Assembly (NCBI GenBank): GCA_035411425.1
Contig: DAONSX010000001.1
Coordinates: 133,150 to 197,149 of the forward strand
DNA: 64,000 nt
Direction: 5' to 3'
Origin: Bacteroidales bacterium
GTDB taxonomy: Bacteria; Bacteroidota; Bacteroidia; Bacteroidales; TTA-H9
Part shown: in pieces, positions 39,182-49,454 of the stretch
How positions within the stretch are numbered: the stretch's first letter is position 1
Layout: each line of letters starts with the position of its first letter
Program-made: the position numbers and the translations under genes
Notes under the pieces: generated by a model
Databases searched by the model: none
What the model was told of the DNA's origin: nothing
What the model saw: only the letters and a program-made list of their open reading frames with translations

Positions 39182-42154
39182 TCAATTGTTGGTATTCATG
39201 TAAGAAGGAAATTCACAGGTAAAGCATGTGCCTTCCCCAAATTCGCTTTTAACTTCGATGTTTCCCTTTAATTCCTCTATAATACCATAAACGATGGATA
39301 AACCTAATCCTGTACCCTTATTGATTTCTTTAGTTGTGAAAAAGGGTTCGAAGATATGATCAAGCAGTTGAGGTGGAATGCCTGTACCATTATCTTCGAT
39401 TTCCATTCCTATGTTATTGGAGTTTATTATAAAGCTGCGAATGGCAATTGTTTTATTAAAATTAAGGCTTTGGTTATGGGCTTTTTGTTCCAAAGCATCT
39501 TTCGAATTGTTAAGCAAATTGATGACGACTTGTTCCACTTTGAAGCGGTCGCCCAAAAAATATAAAGGTTCTGGATGAAGTTGCAGATTAAAATGAATAT
39601 TTCGCTCGGAAAATTGACTCTTCAATAGCAACAAGGCTCCCTGTATGGCCTCATTCAGATTCATGCGGGTAAACCGGGCATTTTGTTGGTTGCGTGAAAA
39701 GGTTTTTACGTGGTCGATTATGCGGTTGATGCGTTGAATATTCTCTAAGATGGTTCCTATTTTGTTTTCGAGATAGTGCTTTGTGATGTCTTCTGATTTC
39801 AAGTGGAAAAGAATATTTTCGAGTCCCATGGTTATGGCAGTAAGGGGCTGATTCATTTCATGAGTAATTCCAGCTGCGAGCTGACCCAATGATTCGAGTT
39901 TGGATTTCTGAATAAGCATTTGCCTCTGTTTTTCGACTTTCTTAAGCTCTTCGCTAACCCTCTTGTTCAATTGTATATTCCATTGTTCGAGTTCGTGCTG
40001 TATCTGCTTTATTTCACTGATATCGATCATGATTCCAACCAAGCCCCCTAAAGTACCATCGCTTTGGGAAAAGGGAGATTGATTGATAATTATATTGTGT
40101 ATAAGTCCATCAGCATATTGAAATTCCAGTTCAAAGCTCTGGATTTGCTTCGAAATAATTATTTCCTCATCTTTTTGGATAATTTGGCGGCAATTTTCTA
40201 TCGAAAAAATTTCACAAATCTTCTTTCCTATAATATCGGTTGAAGTTTTTCCGAAGGCTTGTAAGAAAGCATTGTTGCATCCCAGAAAAACCCCTTTAGT
40301 ATCTTTATAGAACACAGGATTAGGGATATTGTCCAAAAGAGCACGTAAGAAATGATTATGGTTGGTAATAGCTTCTTGATTTGCAAGTATATCAGTAATA
40401 TCTCTACTGAAAATAGCAACTCTTTTAATGGTTTTATTGAGATTTGATGCAGGGTAAAAGGTAAGATCATAATGTCGGTTCAACAGGGTATCGTAATGAG
40501 AATATCTTCTTCCATCGCTTACAACCTTTTTGAAAATCTTCTGACGGGCCGTTCTGATAGGTTCGGGAAGAAGGTCGAAGTAATTTGGTTTTTGATTATT
40601 TACGGTGGAACCACCGATCAATTCAGCTGCTTTTTCATTAATATCGAGTATATTACCATTAGATTCGAGTAAAACAATTGCATCGGGTACGACATTCAAT
40701 AATGCCCGGGCTTTTTCTTCACTGTCGATCAATTTTTCGGTGGTATCCTTTCGGTATTGTGCATCTAAAAAAACCTTACCAGCGATTTTTAGCATAAATA
40801 CAATATCCTCGTTGATATGCGCACAGGAAACTGAAGCCAGTCCAATAACTCCGGCTAATTTTTCTTCATTTACCAAAGGTACGAACACAAAGGATTGCAA
40901 ATGGTAAAGTCGCATGAATTTCTTTTCCCTCGTATTGTCTGTCAATAGTCTTCTATCATTCACTACGACAGCTTGATGTTTTATTAGATGACTATATGCA
41001 AACTCGAGATCTTTCAAATCGAAGTCGTCAGAGAATATCACTTTTTTGACGTGCCGAGGTGCGCTCCAGATATATTTTCGTTCTATTTCGGAAGAATTCT
41101 CCTTTAAAATAAACAGACAGGCTTGATCCATTCCTGCAGTCGAAGTAATTTGAGAAAGGCTTTTTATGATTTCTTCTTCTAAAAACTCGTCTTGAAGTCT
41201 TATGAATGAACTCGATATTCCCGAAAGAACTTTCTCTATCTGTACTTTAAATGCCAGATCGATTTGAGCAGCTTTGCGTTGTTGAATCTCATTTTCCAGT
41301 TTTTCTACGGTATTTTGCAGTTGGTAGGTACGTTCCTCGACCAGAAGTTCGAGTTTGTTTTTATACTGATTGAGGGCTTCTTCGGCTTTTTTCCGCTCGG
41401 TAAGATTACTAAAGATGGCAAGACAAAGATTTTGGCCAGTAAATGAAATCCTATTGTAGGAAACTTCAACGGGTATAGATTCTCCAAATTTCGAATAAAG
41501 ATCCAATTCATATGGTTTGGCATTAGGTTCAAGAGTCGCTTTCGACCATGAAGTATCCGACATAAGGGTATCGAGAGACATTTTACGGGTTTCATTGACA
41601 TCGTAACCCAGTAGCTTTACTGCTGAAGCATTCATATCCACAATTTTGGATGTATTTGCATCGATCACCATGATGCTTTCGGGAGCTTTTTCGAATAATA
41701 GCCTGAAACGAGCCTCGCTTTCGGTAAGTTCAGCTTCGGCTCGCTTACGGGCTTCTTCTTCCTTCAGCAGCTTCTGCTCATTCAATATGATGTTTGCTAA
41801 TTCATGAATGGTTTTGTTCAACAAATCCCTATCGAAAGGTTTCAATAAAAACTTATCCACTCCTATTTCAATGGCGTCGATAAAATAACTCGTTTCTTCG
41901 TAGGAGGTGGTAATGATAGATCTTATGGAAGGTTTTTCTCTTTTTATGCTTCGAATCATCTTTAAGCCGCTTAGGCCAGGCATGGCAATATCGGCTACTA
42001 CTAAGTCGGCTCCGTGTTTATGAAATAGTTGCATACCCGAATTTCCATTATCGGCCACATGAACTTCTTCGGCCAAATCCTTCAGAAAATCGGTCATCAT
42101 CTCACGAAACAAACGCTCATCTTCTGCATACAATATTTTTATAGGGAACTTCAC
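39182..42154 (-). CDS. cytoplasmic hybrid sensor histidine kinase (N-terminal REC, PAS, GAF-like, PAS, PAS, HisKA, HATPase)
   Basis: REC (LVVADIAMPGLSG), PAS (ARFRLLFEKAPESIMVID, LRALLDNIPNPVFYKD), H-box LAAGITHEMNQPL and ATPase boxes INLLNNSKDA, DNGTGIP and GTGLGLSIV. No hydrophobic helices. Confidence 0.9.
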   Translation of the reverse strand: MKFPIKILYAEDERLFREMMTDFLKDLAEEVHVADNGNSGMQLFHKHGADLVVADIAMPGLSGLKMIRSIKREKPSIRSIITTSYEETSYFIDAIEIGVDKFLLKPFDRDLLNKTIHELANIILNEQKLLKEEEARKRAEAELTESEARFRLLFEKAPESIMVIDANTSKIVDMNASAVKLLGYDVNETRKMSLDTLMSDTSWSKATLEPNAKPYELDLYSKFGESIPVEVSYNRISFTGQNLCLAIFSNLTERKKAEEALNQYKNKLELLVEERTYQLQNTVEKLENEIQQRKAAQIDLAFKVQIEKVLSGISSSFIRLQDEFLEEEIIKSLSQITSTAGMDQACLFILKENSSEIERKYIWSAPRHVKKVIFSDDFDLKDLEFAYSHLIKHQAVVVNDRRLLTDNTREKKFMRLYHLQSFVFVPLVNEEKLAGVIGLASVSCAHINEDIVFMLKIAGKVFLDAQYRKDTTEKLIDSEEKARALLNVVPDAIVLLESNGNILDINEKAAELIGGSTVNNQKPNYFDLLPEPIRTARQKIFKKVVSDGRRYSHYDTLLNRHYDLTFYPASNLNKTIKRVAIFSRDITDILANQEAITNHNHFLRALLDNIPNPVFYKDTKGVFLGCNNAFLQAFGKTSTDIIGKKICEIFSIENCRQIIQKDEEIIISKQIQSFELEFQYADGLIHNIIINQSPFSQSDGTLGGLVGIMIDISEIKQIQHELEQWNIQLNKRVSEELKKVEKQRQMLIQKSKLESLGQLAAGITHEMNQPLTAITMGLENILFHLKSEDITKHYLENKIGTILENIQRINRIIDHVKTFSRNQQNARFTRMNLNEAIQGALLLLKSQFSERNIHFNLQLHPEPLYFLGDRFKVEQVVINLLNNSKDALEQKAHNQSLNFNKTIAIRSFIINSNNIGMEIEDNGTGIPPQLLDHIFEPFFTTKEINKGTGLGLSIVYGIIEELKGNIEVKSEFGEGTCFTCEFPSYMNTNN

Positions 42155-42284
42155 GAGCTAAATTTCAATTATTTCGTCATATATGAGTGGGTTTGATAAA
42201 TTTGCAGGTTCTACTAAAAGAGCAAAATTTTTACAAAAATAAAACTTTCATTCCAATTATGGTTATTTTTCGAAAAATTTTTTT

Positions 42285-42980
42285 ATGCGAATAGATATTC
42301 TAACCTTATTTCCCGGAATGTTCGAAGGGCCTTTCTCCGAATCCATTCTCAAAAGAGCAACCGAAAAAAAGTTGGTAGAAATTCATGTACACAACATACG
42401 AGACTACTCGACTGATAAACACCGGCGTGTGGATGATTATCCCTTTGGGGGTGATGCGGGTATGGTAATGATGATCGAACCAATTTACAAAGCAATAAAA
42501 ACTTTGAAGAAGGAAAGAGCATACGACAGGGTCATTTTTACTACACCCGATGGTGAACTTTTCGATCAAAAGATGGCCAATTATTTTTCGACCTTGCAGA
42601 ACATCATCATTTTATGTGGGCATTACAAGGGAATCGATCAAAGGATACGAGATCATTTGATCGACCAGGAAGTTTCGATAGGAAATTATGTATTGACTGG
42701 TGGAGAGCTTGCTGCTGCAGTAATGACCGATGCCATCGTCAGACTGATTCCGGGAGTTTTGCACGACGAAACTTCGGCACTTACCGATTCGTTTCAGGAT
42801 GATTTGCTTTCGCCGCCGGTTTATACGCGTCCTTGCAATTTTAAAGGATGGAGAGTACCGGAAATTCTCTTATCGGGCGACGATGGAAAAATTCAGCAAT
42901 GGAAGCTCGAGAAGGCTATTGAGCGGACTAAAAAACGACGTCCTGACTTGCTCGACGAAGAAAATACCGGAAAAGATTAA
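42285..42980 (+). CDS. trmD: tRNA (guanine37-N1)-methyltransferase
   Basis: [26 protein letters not shown] and [10 protein letters not shown] -7 box TAAATTTG lies at 42197-42204. Confidence 0.95.
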   Translation: MRIDILTLFPGMFEGPFSESILKRATEKKLVEIHVHNIRDYSTDKHRRVDDYPFGGDAGMVMMIEPIYKAIKTLKKERAYDRVIFTTPDGELFDQKMANYFSTLQNIIILCGHYKGIDQRIRDHLIDQEVSIGNYVLTGGELAAAVMTDAIVRLIPGVLHDETSALTDSFQDDLLSPPVYTRPCNFKGWRVPEILLSGDDGKIQQWKLEKAIERTKKRRPDLLDEENTGKD

Positions 42981-43052
42981 AATAGGGCTATAATTTTTAA
43001 GATTTATATTAACTTTGCAAAGTGTACATCGTATCGAAATGTTTAAACCGAA

Positions 43053-43361
43053 ATGCCTGAAAGCGAAACACTTGATATGCTTCGTTCTCTTCGAATCAAA
43101 GTAGAACATTTTGTGGAGCAATATCAGGTAATGGTCGAAAAGATGAAGGTCATAGAAACCATCAATTCCGATCTGCTAAAAAAGAATCAGGAATTTCAAA
43201 AGCATTTCGAGCAGATGAACAACGAACTTAAAATACAAAACTTAACCGAATTATTAACCCAAGGAAAAGGAAAAACAGAAGTCAAAGCCATTATCGATAG
43301 GATTGTGCGGGACATTGACAAATGTATTGGTTTAATCAACCAACCTGACCTGAAGGAGTAA
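43053..43361 (+). CDS. coiled-coil protein upstream of zapA (ZapB-like role possible)
   Basis: 102 aa and heptad-rich (KMKVIETINSDLLKKNQEFQKHFEQMNNELKIQNL). A -7 box TAACTTTG lies at 43010-43017. zapA follows 21 nt downstream. Confidence 0.6.
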   Translation: MPESETLDMLRSLRIKVEHFVEQYQVMVEKMKVIETINSDLLKKNQEFQKHFEQMNNELKIQNLTELLTQGKGKTEVKAIIDRIVRDIDKCIGLINQPDLKE

Positions 43362-43382
43362 GTCGAGAACTGACATTCAACA

Positions 43383-43667
43383 ATGGATGAAATCTCAATA
43401 TCCCTACTTATAGGAGAAAGAACATATCGTTTAACTATTAAAAAGGAGGAAGAAGAAACCATTCGTAAAGTAGCCCATGATATCAACCAGAGGTTGCAAG
43501 ATTATGCGCAAATTTACGCATATCGCGATAAACAGGATTTGCTTGCAATGATAGTTCTGGAGCTTGCCACTCAGTTAGAAGCAAATAAAAACCTCATGGA
43601 ATACCATAATCTCGAAATACAAAACAGAATCAGGGAAATAGAAGGTATGATAGACCAGTATATTTGA
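43383..43667 (+). CDS. zapA: cell division protein ZapA
   Basis: 94 aa. ISISLLIGERTYRLTIKKEEEETIRKVAHDINQRLQDY follows the ZapA N-terminal pattern, with a C-terminal coiled coil. Confidence 0.8.
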   Translation: MDEISISLLIGERTYRLTIKKEEEETIRKVAHDINQRLQDYAQIYAYRDKQDLLAMIVLELATQLEANKNLMEYHNLEIQNRIREIEGMIDQYI

Positions 43668-43689
43668 ACGTTCTTTGACATCCAAATGA

Positions 43690-43886
43690 TATTACCCGCA
43701 GCAATTCCATTCGGTTTGCAAACTCAACATTAAACACTTAAGGGGAGTCTTTCTGTTTTGGCAAACAGGCCACGACTCCGCTCGGCGGAGTTCCTTTCAG
43801 GATAACAGTGGAAGTTTAAAGAAGCAGGGCAACCCTAAACCTATAGAATGGGGTTTCAAAACTCCAGGAATTGTTTGCGGGTTTTT
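43690..43886 (+). ncRNA. candidate structured RNA (6S/SsrS-like, or a cis-acting rny leader)
   Basis: The gap is 247 bp and non-coding. The long-range closing helix CCCGCAGCAATTCC (43695-43708) / GGAATTGTTTGCGGG (43867-43881) is followed by TTTTT. Internal hairpins are CTGTTT-TGGC-AAACAG (43753-43768), ACTCCGC-TCG-GCGGAGT (43775-43791) and AGGG-CAA-CCCT. In gammaproteobacteria ssrS lies directly downstream of zapA. Confidence 0.45.
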
Positions 43887-43914
43887 CTTTTCCGTTTAAA
43901 AACCACCTATCTGC

Positions 43915-45456
43915 ATGAGTACGCTATATATTATCTTATTGGTAGTAATAGGTATGGCACTGGCCAGTTTCATTACTGCACTTGCTATTCGAAAGAATGC
44001 AAACTCAAACGCCAATCGCATTCTTCGCGAAGCCGAAGAAAAAGCGGAAATGCTCAAGAAAGAAAAAATCGTTCAAGCCAAAGAAGAAATCCTACAATTT
44101 AAATTGAAAAACGAACAGGAAATCATCGAGAAAAACAACAGTCTGCTTCGTTTGGAAACACGTTTGAAGCAGCGTGAACAGCAAATAAACCAGCGTTCTG
44201 AGGAACTCCAGAAACGACAAAGAGAGGTAGAAGCAAAAAATTCTATGCTTAATGAAAAATTGGAATGGGTTACCCAAAAGGAAACCGAATTAGAAAAAGC
44301 CTTACGTCAAAAAACCGACATACTCGAAAAGATTTCGGGCATGACCAGTAAAGAGGCTCGTAATCAACTCATCGAAAGCATGAAGGAAGAAGCCCGAAAC
44401 GATGCTATTACATATATTAAGGACATCATGGACGAGGCTAAAATCACTGCTCAAAACGAAGCCAAGAAAATTGTCATTGAGTCGATCCAACGAACAGCAG
44501 TCGAAAATGCTATTGAAAATGCCGTTTCGGTTTTCAATATCGAAAGTGATGAGATCAAAGGCCGCATCATAGGCCGCGAAGGAAGAAATATCCGAACACT
44601 CGAAGCTCTCACTGGCGTAGAAATCATCATCGACGATTCCCCTGATGCCATTCTTTTATCGAGTTTCGATCCCATACGTAGAGAGATAGCTCGTTTATCG
44701 CTGCAAAAATTAGTTACTGATGGTCGTATTCACCCAGCAAGAATTGAAGAAGTAGTAGCTAAAACCGAAAAACAGATCGAACAGGAAATCATCGAAGTGG
44801 GCAAACGTACAGTGGTTGAACTGGGGATTCATGGAATGCATCCTGAACTCATTCGCCTGATAGGCAAAATGAAATACCGTTCCTCTTATGGGCAGAATCT
44901 TTTACATCACTCGAAGGAAGTTTCACGTTTATGTGCAAATATGGCTGCCGAACTAGGACTGAATGCTCAAAAGGCCAAACGTGCAGGTTTACTTCACGAT
45001 ATTGGCAAAGTAGCCGAAAATGAAAGCGACCTGCCACATGCCATTCTAGGAATGAACCTTGCCGAGAAATACAAGGAAAAACCCGAAATATGCAATGCCA
45101 TCGGTTCTCATCATGAAGATATAGAAATGAATACACTGATTGCTCCTATTATACAGGTCTGTGATGCAATTTCGGGTGCAAGACCAGGAGCTCGTCGAGA
45201 AGTGGTTGAGGCCTACATGCAACGGCTGCATAAACTTGAAGAACTTGCCCTCTCCTACCCTGGTGTGGTAAAAACTTACGCAATTCAAGCTGGACGTGAG
45301 TTGAGAGTCATTGTGGGAGCCGATAAGGTTTCTGACGATGAGGTTAACCGCATTTCTTATGAACTCTCACGAAAAATTCAAGAGGAAATGACCTATCCAG
45401 GGCAAATCAAAATCACTGTTATTCGAGAAACCCGGGTCATCAATTACGCAAAGTAA
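43915..45456 (+). CDS. rny: ribonuclease Y
   Basis: N-terminal TM helix, long coiled coil, KH domain ([16 protein letters not shown]) and HD domain ([12 protein letters not shown]). Confidence 0.95.
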   Translation: MSTLYIILLVVIGMALASFITALAIRKNANSNANRILREAEEKAEMLKKEKIVQAKEEILQFKLKNEQEIIEKNNSLLRLETRLKQREQQINQRSEELQKRQREVEAKNSMLNEKLEWVTQKETELEKALRQKTDILEKISGMTSKEARNQLIESMKEEARNDAITYIKDIMDEAKITAQNEAKKIVIESIQRTAVENAIENAVSVFNIESDEIKGRIIGREGRNIRTLEALTGVEIIIDDSPDAILLSSFDPIRREIARLSLQKLVTDGRIHPARIEEVVAKTEKQIEQEIIEVGKRTVVELGIHGMHPELIRLIGKMKYRSSYGQNLLHHSKEVSRLCANMAAELGLNAQKAKRAGLLHDIGKVAENESDLPHAILGMNLAEKYKEKPEICNAIGSHHEDIEMNTLIAPIIQVCDAISGARPGARREVVEAYMQRLHKLEELALSYPGVVKTYAIQAGRELRVIVGADKVSDDEVNRISYELSRKIQEEMTYPGQIKITVIRETRVINYAK

Positions 45457-45680
45457 TCATCTTATTTCTCTATTGACTGTTTGCTTGATTGATAGATAAA
45501 TTGCATGCAACGGTTAAGACTGAGAAATTGGAGAACTAAAATCCTCTTTCGTGCTAATCTTGTAGATTGCAAAAAATACAGTTTTCCCATTCATTCCTCT
45601 CTCTTGTCGTCTCTATTTCCCCTATATTTTCCCAACCCGCTACGGGCGACAAATTTTAGGATTTTAAGAATCAAAATTTC

Positions 45681-45688
45681 TAATTTTG
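45681..45688 (+). promoter_or_regulatory. -7 promoter box TAATTTTG upstream of tkt
   Basis: Matches TAnnTTTG, 34 nt upstream of the ATG at 45722. It overlaps the TTG (45686) that the ORF track used as the start. Confidence 0.5.
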
Positions 45689-45721
45689 CCCGTGTCTTTC
45701 AATCACGAAAATAAAACCTCG

Positions 45722-47803
45722 ATGAATCTGACAACCAATATAGACAGGCGGGCGGCCGACAATTTGCGGGCTCTTATTGTTGCCATGGTCGAAAAAGCCA
45801 AATCTGGCCATCCGGGCGGAGCGATGGGAGCAGCCGATTTTATCCATATTCTTTATAGTGAATATCTGCGTTTCGATCCTTCCGATCCCAATTGTATTCC
45901 GAACGATCCGAATTGGATTGCTCGGGATCGTTTCTTCCTCGACCCTGGCCACTTGTCAGCCTTGTTGTATGCTGTTCTAACCTTATGCGGAAAATTCTCA
46001 CTCGACGATTTGCAAAATTTTCGCCAATTAGGAGGCAGTACGCCAGGCCATCCAGAAAAGAATATACAAAGAGGCATCGAAAACACCTCGGGTCCTTTGG
46101 GACAAGGGCATGCCATGGCCGTGGGAGCAGCTATTGCCGAACGATTTTTAGCCGCACGATTCGGAAAAGTGGTAGAGCATAAAACCATTGCTCTTATTTC
46201 GGACGGCGGTATACAGGAAGAAATTTCACAAGGAGCAGGTCGCTTGGCCGGGCATCTGGGATTGCATAACCTTATCATGTTTTATGATGCCAATAATGTT
46301 CAGCTTTCGACAAAAGTAGATGAAGTTTCATCGGAAAATACGGCCATGAAATATCGGGCTTGGGGTTGGAAAGTGCTCGAGATAGACGGGAATGACCCCG
46401 AAGAAATACGTCAAGCATTGGATGCTGCTTGGGCTGAAACTAAGTCCCCTACCCTTATTATTGGCCATACCATCATGGGAAAAGGAATCAAAAATAAGGA
46501 AGGAAAATCCATGGAAGGACTTGTATCTACACATGGAAAGCCTATCAGCAAAGCCGGAGCCGATGTTACGATTACTTTGAGAGGACTCGGAGCCGATCCT
46601 CAGCATCCTTTTGCCATTTTTCCCGACGTTGAAGAACATTATCTAAAAGTTTTAAACAGGAAAAAAGAGGAAGCCCGCAAAGCGAAGGAAACCTTTGACG
46701 AATGGAAAGAACAAAATCCCAAACTGGCTGATGAGCTTAGACAATACTTTGATAAGATTCAACCCGAAATAAACTGGGATGCGATACATTTGAGCATGAA
46801 TGTAGCTACTCGTGTCAGCTCGGCCGAGGTACTCTCTGTTTTTAGCCAAACCCTTGGAAATATGCTGGTAATGTCGGCCGACCTTGCTAATAGTGATCGA
46901 ACCGACGGATTTCTTAGTCATACCCAACCTATTGTGCTGGGAGATTTCAATGGGGCCTTTCTGCATGTTGGGGTATCGGAACTCACCATGGCTTCATTGG
47001 CCAACGGAATGGCTCTGCATGGAGGTGTAATTCCTGTATGTGGCACTTTTATGGTTTTTTCCGACTATATGAAGCCAGCCATTCGCTTGGCGGCCTTAAT
47101 GGAACTTCGGGTCATCTATGTTTGGTCGCACGATTCATTTCGTGTGGGAGAAGATGGTCCGACTCATCAACCCGTGGAACAGGAAGCACAGATTCGCTTG
47201 TTGGAACAATTAAAAAACCATTCTAACCAGAGAAGTTTCATAGCTCTTCGTCCGGCCGATCAGGCAGAAACGCTCGAAGCATGGAAATTTGCCCTTCAAA
47301 ATAAAAATCGCCCCACGGGCATTCTGTTAAGCCGGCAAAACGTTAAAACCTTACCCCCTCTGCCTTTCGAAAGACGTCGTAAAGAAGCCGTAAATCTTCA
47401 TCATGGTGCTTATCTGATTCGTAAAATAAGCGACTCACCCGATATCATCCTTTTGGGAAATGGCTCTGATGTGGCTTTGCTTTTGGAGGCAAGCGATATT
47501 CTTTTTAATCAATATCAAATAAAAACAAACCTGATTTCTGCCCCCAGCGAAGGCTTATTTCGTGAACAATCCACAGAATATCAACATTCTATTTTGCCTG
47601 AAGAAATTCCGATCTTTGTGCTTACCTCTGGCTTGCCATCTACCTTTCAAACCCTTGCCGGATCAAAAGGCAGAATATTTGGACTCGAACAATTCGGATA
47701 TTCGGCACCCGCTGAAATCCTAGAGACTCATTTTGGATTCACTCCTCAAAATATTGCAAAAGAAGTGATGAATTTACTCGACGAAATAAATAACAATGAA
47801 TAA
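45722..47803 (+). CDS. tkt: transketolase
   Basis: KSGHPGGAMGAAD, GPLGQGHAMAVG, LISDGGIQEE, GVSELTMASLANG and FRVGEDGPTHQPVEQ. I trimmed the start to the ATG at 45722 (MNLTTNIDRRAADNLR...). Confidence 0.93.
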   Translation: MNLTTNIDRRAADNLRALIVAMVEKAKSGHPGGAMGAADFIHILYSEYLRFDPSDPNCIPNDPNWIARDRFFLDPGHLSALLYAVLTLCGKFSLDDLQNFRQLGGSTPGHPEKNIQRGIENTSGPLGQGHAMAVGAAIAERFLAARFGKVVEHKTIALISDGGIQEEISQGAGRLAGHLGLHNLIMFYDANNVQLSTKVDEVSSENTAMKYRAWGWKVLEIDGNDPEEIRQALDAAWAETKSPTLIIGHTIMGKGIKNKEGKSMEGLVSTHGKPISKAGADVTITLRGLGADPQHPFAIFPDVEEHYLKVLNRKKEEARKAKETFDEWKEQNPKLADELRQYFDKIQPEINWDAIHLSMNVATRVSSAEVLSVFSQTLGNMLVMSADLANSDRTDGFLSHTQPIVLGDFNGAFLHVGVSELTMASLANGMALHGGVIPVCGTFMVFSDYMKPAIRLAALMELRVIYVWSHDSFRVGEDGPTHQPVEQEAQIRLLEQLKNHSNQRSFIALRPADQAETLEAWKFALQNKNRPTGILLSRQNVKTLPPLPFERRRKEAVNLHHGAYLIRKISDSPDIILLGNGSDVALLLEASDILFNQYQIKTNLISAPSEGLFREQSTEYQHSILPEEIPIFVLTSGLPSTFQTLAGSKGRIFGLEQFGYSAPAEILETHFGFTPQNIAKEVMNLLDEINNNE

Positions 47804-48659
47804 AATAAAAAACCTATTTTTTATTGTTATTATTTTATTTTATTCAAGTAAAATTTTTTCACAACAGAATATCGAATATGTGCAACAGGCCGACAGTTTA
47901 CGCAAGGGCTGGTATTTTGGCATTAATATGGGTGCTGCTTTCCCTTCTAATTTTTCGGCCAATTTTTACAACGGAAGTTCCGAAAATATCAATAAAATAT
48001 CATTAATTCTCGATAATCAATATTATAAACCTATAATCGTACAACAAATTGGATACAATTATCTTTTCTATGAATTGCCACATAAAATGTCTTATCAGCC
48101 TAATCTTACGGTAGGCGGATATGTGCGTTATCAATTTTCGAAAAGATCATCTTTTCTTTTACAGGCCAATTATGCGCGATTAACAGCCAGCGATGTGTTT
48201 CTTCTTTATCTTGAAATTCCCGAAGGTTATTCTTTCGATGCCAACTACCTCCAATGCCAAATCATGGGACAGGAAGAAAGAACTTACATTGATCTGGGCT
48301 ATCGGTTCGACCTGAGAAATCATGAAAGATATTTCCCTTTTATAGAGACAGGTGTGAATATCAATAATACCAAAGTGTTAAAGAACATGATTCGCATCGA
48401 GAATCAGGAATACAGCATAAAATATTCTGGAGAACATCCTATTGGGCCTTATTCGCAAGATTATTACGATATTTATGAAGGTGGTATAGGAGTCGGAGGA
48501 TTCTTTACATTAGGTTATGCATTGAATTTCAATGCAAATATTTCAATTGATCCCAGTTTAACTTTTTATTTTACAAGCACCCATCTTGAAGGTTATACGA
48601 ATATGAAACCTGGCTTCAATCTTCTTGTCAGATTGATGTTCAGAAATTTCGATTTTTAA
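47796..48659 (+). CDS. putative outer-membrane beta-barrel protein
   Basis: Signal peptide MNKIKNLFFIVIILFYSSKIFSQ, alternating aromatic/beta pattern and a C-terminal ...MFRNFDF ending in Phe. It overlaps the tkt stop by 8 nt (ATGAATAA). Confidence 0.55.
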   Translation: MNKIKNLFFIVIILFYSSKIFSQQNIEYVQQADSLRKGWYFGINMGAAFPSNFSANFYNGSSENINKISLILDNQYYKPIIVQQIGYNYLFYELPHKMSYQPNLTVGGYVRYQFSKRSSFLLQANYARLTASDVFLLYLEIPEGYSFDANYLQCQIMGQEERTYIDLGYRFDLRNHERYFPFIETGVNINNTKVLKNMIRIENQEYSIKYSGEHPIGPYSQDYYDIYEGGIGVGGFFTLGYALNFNANISIDPSLTFYFTSTHLEGYTNMKPGFNLLVRLMFRNFDF

Positions 48660-48703
48660 ACACATTGGGAAAAATATTGTTGAATTGAAGAAAAGTGCGA
48701 GTT

Positions 48704-49282
48704 ATGAAAACATGCGAAGCTTTGAAACTCATCGAGAAGTATTATCCTCAAGATTCGGAAGCCAGTCGGTATTATCGTATTCATGTAAATGCCGTGGCAA
48801 AGGCTGCTGAATTGATTGTACTAAATAACCCTCACTTAAATGTCGACATTGAAAAAGTAAAGGTTATGGCGCTGTTACACGACATAGGGATTTTTATGAC
48901 CGATGCTCCGGCTATTGGGTGTTACGGGAAATACCCCTACCTGGCACATGGATATTTAGGAAGAGAACTTTTAGAAAAGGAAGGTTTACTCGATATAGCG
49001 CCTGTTTGCGAGCGACATGTTGGCATAGGCTTGTCGTTAACCGATATCGAGAAGAACCTATTGCCTCTGCCCCATCGTGATATGCAGCCACAGACAATAG
49101 AGGAAAAAATTGTTTGTTATGCCGATAAATTTTTTTCGAAGTCTTCGCCCCGCCCCGAAATGCCCAAACCTGTCGAAAAAATTATCAATAATCTGAAAAA
49201 ATATGGTAATGATAAGATTGAAAAATTCTTAGAAATGGAAAAAATGTTTGGCTCTGGATATATTTACGAAAATTTTCGTTAA
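48704..49282 (+). CDS. HD/HDIG-domain phosphohydrolase
   Basis: RIHVNAV...ALLHDIGIF...ERHVGIG...CYADKF shows intact H..HD..H..D ligands. The ORF track starts at GTG 48695. Confidence 0.8.
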   Translation: MKTCEALKLIEKYYPQDSEASRYYRIHVNAVAKAAELIVLNNPHLNVDIEKVKVMALLHDIGIFMTDAPAIGCYGKYPYLAHGYLGRELLEKEGLLDIAPVCERHVGIGLSLTDIEKNLLPLPHRDMQPQTIEEKIVCYADKFFSKSSPRPEMPKPVEKIINNLKKYGNDKIEKFLEMEKMFGSGYIYENFR

Positions 49283-49309
49283 AATTTTTATATAAAACTT
49301 CAAACTAAA

Positions 49310-49358
49310 TTATCACAAATTTGGCAATAAAAAATCATTGTTGCCAAAAATGTGATAA
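49310..49358. terminator. long imperfect hairpin between convergent genes
   Basis: TTATCACAAATTTGGCAA-N13-TTGCCAAAAATGTGATAA has 18-nt arms with 2 central mismatches, in A/T-rich flanks. Confidence 0.4.
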
Positions 49359-49454
49359 AAAATCTTACACGCTTTATCCTGCCATCGCATATCGATCCTG
49401 TCAATTACAAATACTCTTTTTACATACATTAAAAAAATTTGATGCAATTCTCTG

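Noticed and set aside
45853-46278. 141-aa antisense ORF inside tkt, and similar ORFs such as 27731-28177 inside rpsA, 24164-24556 inside argS and 53058-53522 inside the amidohydrolase gene.
   Set aside because: All are embedded in strongly supported genes on the other strand or frame and have low-complexity or biased translations. I treat them as spurious.
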